Assembly (NCBI GenBank): GCA_951406725.2
Contig: OX597814.1
Coordinates: forward strand, 215,078,001-215,142,000
Direction: 5' to 3'
Origin: Octopus vulgaris
Taxonomy: Eukaryota
DNA length: 64,000 bases
The notes under the pieces were generated by a model. It was not told where the DNA came from. It did not search any database and saw only the letters and a list, made by a program, of their open reading frames with translations. Position numbers and translations under genes: made by a program. Below, one piece after another: positions 43,522 to 53,973 of the stretch (the first letter of the stretch is position 1; each line of letters opens with the position of its first letter).

Positions 43522-43562
<41 letters not shown>

Positions 43563-43757
43563 TGTATGTGTGTGTGTGTATATGTTTGTGTGTCTGTCTC
43601 CCCAACATCGCTTGACAACTGATGGTGGTGTGTTTACGTCCCCGTAACTTAGTGGTTCGGCAAAAGAGACCGATAGAATAAGTCCTAGGGTCGATTTGCT
43701 CGACTAAAGGCGGTGTTCCAGCATGGCCACAGTCAAATGACTGAAACAGGTAAAAGA
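42772..43757 (+). mobile_element. SINE family A split by a family D element and an unknown GC-rich insert
   Basis: Head at 42772-42960, inserts at 42961-43522, tail at 43523-43757. Confidence 0.8.
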
Positions 43758-43846
43758 GTATGTTCGTGCACATGTATATGTGTGTGTGTAAGCAAGCATG
43801 AAATATCAGAAGCTGGTAATCACTATATTTTAATTTTTTATTTCAG

Positions 43847-44148
43847 AAAAACAGATGTCAAATCTACGGTCAAAGGAGCTGCTTCCCACACCTGATGATA
43901 TTCATCATATGGTTGAAGACTTTCTCACTGTTTGGGACACACCAAACAGCCACATTTTCCCACTTCGACGCTTTCTTGAGAACGTATTCGACAAAGATCT
44001 TCGCCACTTCTTCTCTTCTACATGTGCCAAGTTTCTACTGACTCTCACTTCGCTGCCATTGTTCTGTGAACAATATTACATGAAAGGTCAAGGTCTTACC
44101 GGAAGTGACCTCTTGTTGGAGATGATTGAACAACAACTCGCTGCTTAA
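43847..44148 (+). CDS. FOXRED2: FOXRED2 terminal coding exon
   Basis: Encodes EKQMS...IHHMVEDFLTVWDTPNSHIFPLRRFLEN...LPLFCEQYYMKGQGL...QQLAA* (human IHHIVEDFLTDW...HILPLRRFLEN). Acceptor tttcAG, TAA stop. The five exons total 1090 nt with a continuous frame. Confidence 0.95.
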
Positions 44149-44353
44149 AATTTTGATGACCAGCAAAGAGTTGAAAAATAACAAAGGCAAAATTCTTCCA
44201 TTCGGCTTCTTTACATTCTTTCTATTTTTTCCCAGAGAGTTTTATTTTTATGTAATATTCTTGGTTATTATTATCATTATTTTTATCCCATTATAACTGA
44301 GCGTTTCTTGCCAGAAACTGGTACTTCAAATTCGATATTTGTTCTACTGCATT

Positions 44354-44368
44354 AATAAACTCAATAAA
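44354..44368 (+). terminator. candidate FOXRED2 polyadenylation signals
   Basis: Two AATAAA hexamers about 205 nt after the stop codon. The region is AT-rich, so chance matches are possible. Confidence 0.45.
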
Positions 44369-45279
44369 AATAATGAAATTTATCATTGTTGGAAATATAT
44401 TTTTAAACAGTTTTGCAAAAATCTGTATATTACAGAAGTTATTTTTTTAATAGTTATTTTATCCACTACTGCAGATGATGTGAATCTATTGCAGAAAGTG
44501 TCCATGATAAAATTTATGCTCATTACTGAAAAATATCAATAATAGTAATTATACAGTAACACTACTGTTTACTATGGGGAACTATACTTCTGAATGAATT
44601 GGTGAACTAGGTCAGCAAGAGTTTAGTATCTTGGACTTGACATTAAAATGGTTACTGTATATGAAGGCATATAAGATGGATTGTTCCCTCACCACACACA
44701 AAAAAAAAGTCCCCTTGAGTCTTATAGGCAAAGGTGAGCCTCTCATGAGCTTTAATGCACTAAAACATTTTTTTCCTGGATATGCACTACTGGAATTGGG
44801 GTGCATCTAATAGATCTGTGCATCTTTTATGCCATCAAATACAGTAGATCTTTTGAGTAAAGTATGAGATTTAAATTCAACTTCTTTTTCCATAATCTTA
44901 TGGACTTGATATTTATAAAAATACAAATATTTATGATATTTGTTGGAATGTTTACATTTTTGTTCGAGTAGCTAATTATGTTAAGAACTTTATAAATGTT
45001 TGTAAATGTTTTAACGACATAATCTGCTACCTCATTACATATACAACACCTTGTAAACAGGAGCTTTGTCAGACTATATGAATATACTGATGAAATAAAG
45101 ACTGGAGTTTTCAAAAAAATGTCAGAAACAAAAAAAAAAGAAAGAAAAAAAAAATATGAAGTAAGGTATTGTATGAAGATATCTTACAGGTAAAATTTGA
45201 AATAAAATGAAAATGCTGGAATATATTGTTAATTCTAAAGAAATCACAACCATCAGAATTTAAATTTGTCAAAAATGTT

Positions 45280-45494
45280 TTAATGAGGTATCTGTTGTAC
45301 AATACTATCAATTTCATTATTTTTAAAAGTTTCAACTTCTTTTAAGCTGTGAGAAATTATTTTATTGAAGCCCTCAAACAGAAAGTGTCCTTTGAAACAT
45401 GAACCTTTTAAAAAGAGAGGAAACCAGTACTTGTCATCTGGCCACATTTGATGATAAGGGATCCGCTCTATGCTGAACCAACGTGGATGCATTT
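45280..45494 (-). CDS. NUDT1: NUDT1 terminal coding exon
   Basis: Encodes EMHPRWFSIERIPYHQMWPDDKYWFPLFLKG..., with the WPDD substrate-recognition motif (human W117/D119/D120). Total CDS is 525 nt = 174 aa plus stop. Confidence 0.95.
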
Positions 45495-45769
45495 CTAGTA
45501 TTAAAAAAAAGGGGAGGAAAAAAAATTAGGTTAAAATATTTCAAATTTGATTCATAAAAATTCCTGTATAAATGAGTGACTAGTATTTCAGATAGCAAAA
45601 TTACAAGTCGAAAGAAATGACTTTCTATTAAAGATATACAAAAGGATAGTTCTTTCCTTGATACAGTGAATTACTGTATCTTGAAACAAATTGGTTGCTA
45701 AGAGCTTCATAGAGTTAGTGGACGAATGGTTAGAATGTAATGCAGATTTCCTCCAAGACTTGTTTGTAT

Positions 45770-46090
45770 CTCCTGTTGTTATCGTTAGGTCTAACTCATC
45801 GTAAAGTCAATACCACCATGACTGATATCCAATCTACAGTGGAGAAGGCTAGCCACTGGATTTGGTTAAAAAGAGACGATGAGCGATGGCTAGAAGTATA
45901 TTGAGTTCTTCATAACCAGCTGATCTAGCAAGCGGGGCCTCATATCAGTGAGGGGGCCGGTGCGCATTGATGCCGTCGAGAGGTAGGCCCCAAAACGGCA
46001 TGCATTTTCTCCTGATGACCCCATACACTTGCTGGCTTCCGATATACGGAGCTTTTAACTGGTAGCACTTGCATGTGCAAGTTGTTTGCA
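45770..46090 (+). mobile_element. HERO/NeSL-like LINE 3' end
   Basis: LLLSLGL...TDIQSTVEKASHWIWLKRDDERWLEVY* (stop 45902-45904) resembles the recalled HERO C-terminal AEKASRWLWIKR. A GC-richer 3'UTR follows. Confidence 0.55.
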
Positions 46091-47937
46091 AGACATCTAA
46101 ATGGGACACAAATCAACAGAAGGGAACATTTTCAGACCTGGTACTCATTTAGAGGAGGAGGAGAGGAGGCATTTAAAATCAAATATATATTTAAAATAAC
46201 ACACTGAAATGCCTAGATTTAGATTTGAACTAAAGACCTATGAACTGGTTACCTATTTTAATTCTATAGTGGATTATAATACTGGACTACTGTGAATAGG
46301 CGCAAGCATGACCAAGTGGTTAAGATGCTTGCTTTTGAACTATGTGGTTAGGGGTTCAGTTCCATTGCATGGTTGCTGTTGTCTTATATTATAGCCACGA
46401 GTTGAGTTGAGTAAAATTAATGGATGGAAACTGAAGAAGCTTAGAGCATGTATGTGGGAGTGCGCATCTATCATCATCATCATTTAATGTTTGCCTTCCA
46501 TGCTAGCAAGGCTGGGGAAGCCACACCAGGTTCCATTGTCTGTTTCGGAAAGGTTTCCACAGCTGGATGCCTTTCTTAATGCCAACCACTTTACAGAGTG
46601 TATATACATGTATATTTATATATACCATGTCTTTGTGTGAGTTTGTATTTCCCTTTGTCTTCACATGCATTCACTGACTGTACATGAAACTGTACACAAC
46701 AATTTCACTGCTAAAGAGATAGTGATGTTTGCATGTGGTCCACTGCAGAAGCATGTCTGGGCTGCTTGATCATCATCATCATCATCATCATCGTCTAACG
46801 TCCATTTTCTATGCTAGCATGGGTTGGACGGTTCAACAGGGTCTGGGAAGCCAGAAGGCTGCGCCAGGCCCAGTCTGATCAGGCAGAGTTTCTACAGCTG
46901 GATGCCTTTCCTAACGCCAACCACTCCGTGAGTGTAGTGGGTGCTTTTTATGTGCCACCTGCACAGGTGCCAGACGAGGCTGGCAATGGCCACGATTGGA
47001 TGGTGCTTTTTACGTGCCACCGGCACGGAGGCCAGACGAGGCTGGCAAACGGCCATGATCGGATGGTGCTTTTTACGTGCCACCTGCACAGGTGCCAGAT
47101 GAGGCTGGCAAACGGCCACTATTGGATGGTGCTTTATATGTGCCACTGGCACGGAGGCCAGTCGGGGCGGCGCTGCTGCACAAAAGAATTGTTCAAATAA
47201 TGCTGTCTATTCACAGCTGTCAATGCAACCATGTCCAGGCTATTCAATGTTCAATAAAGCGGGGGTGTTACCTTGCTTGCAAACGTGGGGTATCTAGCTC
47301 AGTATAGTCTCACTTGACCTATGCTGGCACAGAAAAGAAATACAGTCTTCACAGTTGGCACCGAGGTGTTTCCTTGGCTCAAAGTATATCACTTACTCCA
47401 CTTATCTTCATCAGCTCACAATATGGACTGAAATTGTTAGTAAGTTCACATAGTAGCAAAAGTATCTCACCCAACAACTTAGATCTCTATATTTGAAATG
47501 CTATGGTGGTGGTGATGGTGGTAGAGATTAAACCTCAGGTCGGTCCTGATCAAGCACACCTACAATGAAAGGCAATCCATCTATGACCATCTTGTCCTTT
47601 CTCAGATATTATGCATCCAGGATTACATTTTGCAAGATTTCCTTTCCTGTTGTTCGTTAAGAATTTAGACAGGTGAAAATACTCAAAATACATTGAATCA
47701 CAAGAGCTATAACTTCAGGACTGACATTAACTCACAGAAAGCTAATGGAATATTCAATAATTTTACAATGGCATCTACTGCTCACAGAAGTAAAATGTTC
47801 CATCTTGTGACACCTATTTACAAGTAGGTAAACTAATCTGTAGGGAATAAAATACCACAATCTTAGTGACAGGATGTGAAAAATTCTTGAAAATTTAATT
47901 CAGATGATTTGATCATTTGTAGCTCAATAGTAAGCAA

Positions 47938-48349
47938 GTTTTTTGCCGTTTCCTCCCAGTTGGTGAAATCAATGGCACACTTTTTGAGGTTCGATTTCAG
48001 GGAGTCCTTGTAGCGTTTCTTCTGGCCTCCTTTTGTACGCTTGCCGTCTTTGAGTTGGGAGTAGAAGGAAACGGCAAAAAACAGACCACTCTGGAAAACC
48101 ACCATCCATGAGGGAACGGCGAATTTCGAGTCGAAAAGGTCTGCAGAGCTGGAGGAGAAAAGACGACGATGGAAGGAGCACCAACAACAACCACGTGCGA
48201 CTCTCCCTTCCGGCACTAGATGTCCGCACTGTGACCGATCTTTTCAAGCAAGAATTGGTCTTATCAGTCACCTGCGGACTCACCAATAAATTTGCGCAAA
48301 GACCATCATCCTCGACCTTGAGGGATTGCCATAGTAGTAGTAGTAGTAG
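47938..48349 (+). mobile_element. RTE-clade LINE 3' fragment with a 5' inversion
   Basis: Plus part reads ETAKNRPLWKTTIHEG...CPHCDRSFQARIGLISHLRTHQ* followed by a (TAG)n tail. Minus part (47938-48066) reads FYSQLKDGKRTKGGQKKRYKDSLK...WEETAKN. Flanking TAGYAAGCAAGT duplication. Confidence 0.88.
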
Positions 48350-48402
48350 TAGCAAGCAAGTACTGGAAGTAGCAGAAGAAAGCAACAATTTTATTCATTT
48401 AC

Positions 48403-48548
48403 CTTCACTCTCTGCAGGAATTCCTTCAAAAGAATCAGTCTTAAATACATGAACTTCCATAATTTCAGGATTTCCCAAAAATTCAAAATCTAGCTCTCCA
48501 ATTTTATTAAGACAAGGTGCTACCAGACCACATTCTTCAAGTAATTCC
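48403..48548 (-). CDS. NUDT1: NUDT1 second coding exon (Nudix box RELLEECGL)
   Basis: Encodes ELLEECGLVAPCLNKIGELDFEFLGNPEIMEVHVFKTDSFEGIPAESE. Acceptor ttttAG, donor GTaaat. 146 nt, phases 2/1 fit the neighbouring exons. Confidence 0.95.
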
Positions 48549-48730
48549 CTAAAATTAAAGTGGAACATTAAAACAAAATTTTGTTATCAACAAATAGTAA
48601 ATATTATGCAAAAGCAATACAGCGATTAACCTGTCTCAATTTGTGTTTAGTATTACAAATTTATATTCTTAGAAAGACTGAACTATGTAGGATACTTCAA
48701 ACAATGGATCTGATGAAAAGAAATAAGTGA

Positions 48731-49290
48731 ATCATCAGCATCATCATCATTTAACGTCCGTTCTCCATGCTAGCATGGGTTGGACGATTTGACTAAGGGC
48801 TGGCTAACCAGATGGCTGCACCAGGCTCCAGTCAGATCTGGCAGTGTTTCTACAGCTGGATGCCCTTCCTAACGCCAACCACTCCGTGACTGTAGTGGGT
48901 GCTTTATACGTGCCACCTGCACAGGTGCCAGGCGAGGCTGGCAACGGCCACGATCGGATGGTGCTTTTTACGTGCCACCGGTACGGAAGCCAGTCGAGGT
49001 CGCACTGACATCGGCCACGACTCGGATGGTAGTTTTTACGTGCTACTGGCGTGGAAGCCAGTCAAGGCGGCGCTGGCATCGGCCACGATTCGGATAGCGC
49101 TTTTTACGTACCACCAGTCCAGGGGTCCTGGCAACTGCCGGGTGCCAGTCATAGGATTGGTTCAATTTCGATTCCGATTTCACTTGTCCCAACAGGTCTT
49201 CGCAAGCAGAGGAGGGGGCTTGGCATGGGTGCCTGTCATTGGATGAAGTTTGATTTCGACTTCGCTTGCCTCAACAGGTCTTTGTGTGTC
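48731..49290 (-). mobile_element. family D retroposon, longest copy
   Basis: Extends 5' into a second repeat type (AAGACCTGTTG...GGCACCC twice). No tRNA head is visible. Confidence 0.75.
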
Positions 49291-49459
49291 CAATAAAAAA
49301 AAAACAATAAGTCAACACAGTTTGAGTCTAATTTCCCAAACTATTCAATGTAGATCCCTAGTTTATTGTAGATATTTTACATGACACTACAAATATATGT
49401 GTATAACTATGCAGTCTTGCTGTGATGACTCATTAAACACAAAATAAAATTGTCATATA

Positions 49460-49638
49460 GGCGTAAGAGTGGCCTGTGTGGTAAGTAGCTTGCTTACCAA
49501 CTACATAGTTCCAGGTTCAGTCCCACTGCATGGCACCTTGGGCAAGTGTCTTCTACTATAGCCTCGGGCCGACCAAAGCCTTTGAGTGGATTTGGTAGAC
49601 GGAAACTGAAAGAAGCCCGTCGTATATATATGTATGTA

Positions 49639-49677
<39 letters not shown>

Positions 49678-49700
49678 GTATGTGTATGTATGCGTATGTA
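49460..49700 (+). mobile_element. SINE family A, head half
   Basis: Head, CORE-like segment and microsatellite are present; the tail is missing. Confidence 0.75.
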
Positions 49701-49842
49701 TACGTATAACAATTTTTGAAATTTTGTTGAATATTTCCTTTCTTCACCACCAAACATGTCGTATATTGCTGACTAGCAAGTTAGTTATTGTAAACAATCT
49801 CTTCTTTAAAGAGAATTATTCCAGAAAAATAGGAGCCATGAA

Positions 49843-50680
49843 CCATTTAGCATTTAAACTGGCCATATCAGGCACAAATATTCTATATGTTTTATGCTCA
49901 TACCAGCCAAATCTGTCCTCTTACACCTACCCTACAATGTCATTCTAAAAACATACAATCACATCAAGAAAATCTTAACCTTTTTGTTACTGTATTTATT
50001 TTGAGATGCTTTGTGTTTCTTTCAATTACTTTAAACTAGCAGTATCGCCCGGCGTTGCTCGGGTTTGTAAGGGAAATAACTATATAAGCATTTTTAGAGA
50101 TGTAAAGGATAATAGCCATCTCAATATGGCTAACCACAAAGGGGGTGGGGTGTTACAGTAGCTTTTTACGTTCTGAGATTTAATAATAAATTTTTAGAGA
50201 GTTACTTCCTTTATATATGCCAAAAATGCATTAAAAATGGGAAAAATTGATGGTAAATTTTTTTTTAAATCATAGACTCATCGTAGACGCGCTAATACCC
50301 AGAAGGGCTCGATATGAATCACGAATATAAGATACCCGGTTTTGGTTAAACTGCACCGCAAAATGTGGGAGTAGTTAGGAATCTAAATCGTAGGAGACAG
50401 ACAGCACACAACCTCACTTTTATATATAAAGATATAACAAAGAATTTAGTAAAACAACTTCGTTATCATTCAGCTAGTGTTAGGAATATAAATTGTGACT
50501 AAGGTTTGGTGGAAGATTTTAATTCAAAACTTATGAAAACAAGACATTTGTACTGGGAGCCAGAGCCGGTTTCAGCCGGGGTTGGTAAAGAAAGGGCCTA
50601 TGAGACAATGCATGATTAATTCAAAACAATGGTGAATAAATGAGTATCAGATTGGACAGAGTAATCTGAATGCTAAAGGG
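49843..50680. mobile_element. piggyBac-like MITE (outer) containing a second piggyBac-like MITE (49979-50596)
   Basis: Outer ends CCATTTAGCATT / AATGCTAAAGGG|TTAA. Inner element starts TTAA|CCTTTTTGTTAC and ends GGTAAAGAAAGGG. Confidence 0.65.
50036..50432 (-). mobile_element. non-autonomous Helitron (nested in piggyBac-like MITEs)
   Basis: Same TC...hairpin-CTAG ends as 21729-22114, with an extra internal segment at about 50100-50190. Confidence 0.85.
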
Positions 50681-51046
50681 TTAAAAATATAATTATAGAT
50701 ACACTCCCTAAAATGCTTTTGATCATATCTATGTTCATACAGAAATCCCCTTTAGAGGAAGAAGATGGGGAGCAGAAAAAGCAGCAGTAGCACGTGAAAT
50801 TTATGCAAAAAAAAAAGAAAAAAAATGAAATAGGTAACGTGTTTAGCCCCAGGTTACTCTTAAATGTGCAGACCTTAGGATCAAAGGTATACTAGCAATA
50901 ATTACTTCATCTTTATTTCAGGCAGTGTTCCAGGGATGTTATCAGTTAAGCTTCTTTAAGATGGTAGTGCATAATTTGGTGGGAATTTGGCTGTTCTTTC
51001 TAGCAGGTCGTGTAACTGCACAGAAGTTTCACTCAGTCACCATATC

Positions 51047-51755
51047 GGGTGATAGTCACCATATAAAATATTGGGTGATAGTCACTATATAAAATATTGG
51101 GTGATAGTCACTATATAAAATATCGGGTGATAGTCACCGTATAAAATATTGGGTGATAGTCACCATATAAAATATCAGGTGACAGCCACCATATAAAATG
51201 TCGGGTGATAGTCACCATATAAAATGTCGGGTGATAGTCACCATATAAAATGTCAGGTGATAGTCACCATATAAAACATTGGGTAATAGTCACCATATAA
51301 AACATCGGGTGATAGTCACCATATAAAATGTCAGGTGATAGTCACCATATAAAGTGTCAGGTGATAGTCACCATATAAAATGTCGGGTGATAGTCACCAT
51401 ATAAAATATTGGGTGATAGTCACCATATAAAATGTCAGGTGATAGTCACCATATAAAACATCGGGTGATAGTCACCATATAAAATATTGGGTGATAGTCA
51501 CCATATAAAATGTCAGGTGATAGTCACCATATAAAATGTCGGGTGATAGTCACCATATAAAATGTCGGGTGATAGTCACCATATAAAATGTCGGGTGATA
51601 GTCACCATATAAAATGTCAGGTGATAGTCACCATATAAAACATCGGGTGATAGTCACCATATAAAACATCGGGTGATAGTCACCATATAAAACATCGGGT
51701 GATAGTCACCATATAAAACATCGGGTGATAGTCACCATATAAAATATCGGGTGAT
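51047..51755. repeat. 26-bp minisatellite, 27 units, in a NUDT1 intron
   Basis: Unit (G/A)GGTGATAGTCACCATATAAAA(TATT/TATC/TGTC/CATC/CATT). The period is exactly 26 from 51047 to 51749. Confidence 0.95.
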
Positions 51756-51849
51756 GGTACAAACTGATTTGCTTCATAGTTCATCTCTGATTTATAGATA
51801 TATACTTATCTCTACACCTGAGAATGTATTTCAATTTTGTTTTTCTTAC

Positions 51850-52013
51850 CTCTTGGCTCCATCTTCAATGGTTTCTTCTCCAACTTTTACTTTACCTCCA
51901 AAGCCATTCCAGTTGCCTTTGCCAAAACCACGTTTTTTCATACCAAGTAGCACTCGACTTGACTCTCGGATAAGAACCAACGTCAGAATCTTCCTGCTTT
52001 GAGCTTGGCACAT
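51850..52013 (-). CDS. NUDT1: NUDT1/MTH1 oxidised purine nucleoside triphosphatase, first coding exon
   Basis: Hand translation gives [55 protein letters not shown] (human [23 protein letters not shown]). An acceptor AG lies at 52017-52016, two nt before the ATG. Donor GTaag at 51849. Confidence 0.95.
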
Positions 52014-52639
52014 TCCTGAAAGACAGAGATATAAAGATTATTAGACAATGAGAAAGAAAAAAAAAACGTTAACCCTGGTGTTCAAAGAGCAGATCTATGA
52101 TTAAAAGCAATTTGGCAATAATCATCCTTTTTTTTTTTTAAAGGGCTTATATGACTACAGTAATGTGATCCTCCCTCATTTGACATTGCAGGGTCTGATA
52201 TGAGTGTGATTTGGCTGCTACTTCTAGCATGTAGACCCTTTCATTCACTTCAGAAAGAAAAAGCCTGACAGAAATTTGATTTCTTGAAATACTGAATATA
52301 AGATTATATATTAAAACCATGTAAATGTAACATGGAGCTGTTTCAACACATGGTAATAATAATAAAAATAATACTCTCTACTATAAACACAAGGCCTGAA
52401 ACTTGGAGCATGTGTGTGTGGGAGGAAGGGGTGTGATCTAATCGATTACATCAACTCTAGTAAATGAATAATACTTATTTCATTGATCCTGAAAGAATGA
52501 ATGGCAAAATTTGAACTCAGAATGTAAAGGACAAAATAGCACTAAGCATTTGGTCAGGTGTGCTAATGATTCTGCCAGCTCACAACCATAATAATAATAA
52601 TAATAAATAAAAACTGCTGATCTACTGTATATAAATAGA

Positions 52640-53087
52640 ATATTTATTTCTTTATTGCCCACAGACGGCTAAACATAGAGGTAACAAACAAGGACAAAGG
52701 GATTAAGTCGATTATATCAACCCCAGTGCATAACTGGTACTTATTTAATTGACCTTCAAAAGACGAAAGGTAAAGTCGACCTCGGTGGAATTTGAACTCT
52801 GAACTTGATGGCAGACAAAATACCGCTAAGCATTTCGCCCAGCGTGCTAATGTTTCTTATTTCTTTACTCCTCACAAGGGGCTACACACAGAGGGGACAA
52901 ACAAGGACAGACAAACGGATTAAGTCGATTATATCAACCCCAGTGCGTAACTGGTACTTATTTAATCGACCCCGAAAGGATGAAAGGCAAAGTTGACCTC
53001 GGCGGAATTTGAACTCAGAACGTGATGGCAGAAGAAATACTGCTAAGCATTTCGCCCGGCATGCTAACGATTCTGCCAGCTCGCCGA
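52640..53087 (-). mobile_element. SINE family B dimer
   Basis: Two B2 units. A diverged B1 copy is adjacent at about 52375-52585. Confidence 0.75.
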
Positions 53088-53099
53088 CTTATAAACAGT

Positions 53100-53250
53100 A
53101 GAATATTAAATGAGGCACGAGTAAGAAAGAATTTAGCTGTTGGATGGATAGATTACAGGAAGGCTTACAACAATGGCCCACACAGCTGGCTCTTGAGGTG
53201 TCTCAGGATGCTTGAAGTTAATGAAAATATAAACAACTTGTTGATTTCTG
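53100..53250 (+). mobile_element. RLE-LINE reverse transcriptase fragment
   Basis: KNLAVGWIDYRKAYNNGPHSWLLRCL resembles the WIDYKKAYDSVPHSW motif of R4/Dong RTs. Confidence 0.6.
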
Positions 53251-53973
53251 TGGGGACAAGATTTAAACTCAGAATGCAAAGAGCTGGAAGAAATACTACA
53301 AAGCAATTTTTCCACAATGTTTTTATGATTCTCGAGCATTTTATTTGACACAATTATTCTGTCAAATTACTGTCCTAATAATAAAAATAATAATTGTTGG
53401 ACCTAACTGAAATAAGGGGTTCAGACTTCTACTGATTTACTGTCAAACTAAGTAAAATCATGGCCATCCATACATACAGGCATGTCCTTTATGAATCATT
53501 CCTTTAGTTGCCTTTTATGGCATTGAGGAAAGATTAAGTTTATCTATTCTTTGGCATGCTGGTCTCCACACAACACAATAGGAAATCTATTTCACATATC
53601 TGTTTAAAAGTGTGATTTAAGGTATTTAAGATAAAGTTAAATCTGAGTGCATTATATGCAAATATAGCTGATTTCCAGTGTTAGTTTTAATTTAATAGCC
53701 ATAGTTAAAAATATTGAAAATTTCCTCTACGATACAAGGGAGACAACTACAAATTCCAACAAAATTGATTTTGACGCCAAACAGTATTTAGGAAGACAAA
53801 TGTTTGGATATATTAGTTTGAGACGTTATATAATATCGTAAAGATTTGAGAAATATGTACGTTGTTATTAATAAAATCCTTTCAGCAATGTATTTTCAAA
53901 ATAGTATAAGCATTGGTAAACATTTAAATGTGATATGTCAATACAGAGCAATTTGTTCCAAGCAAGATTGAAT

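Noticed and set aside
51047-51755. CRISPR-like palindromic repeats
   Set aside because: The variable part is only about 5 nt and recurs among units; this is a minisatellite.
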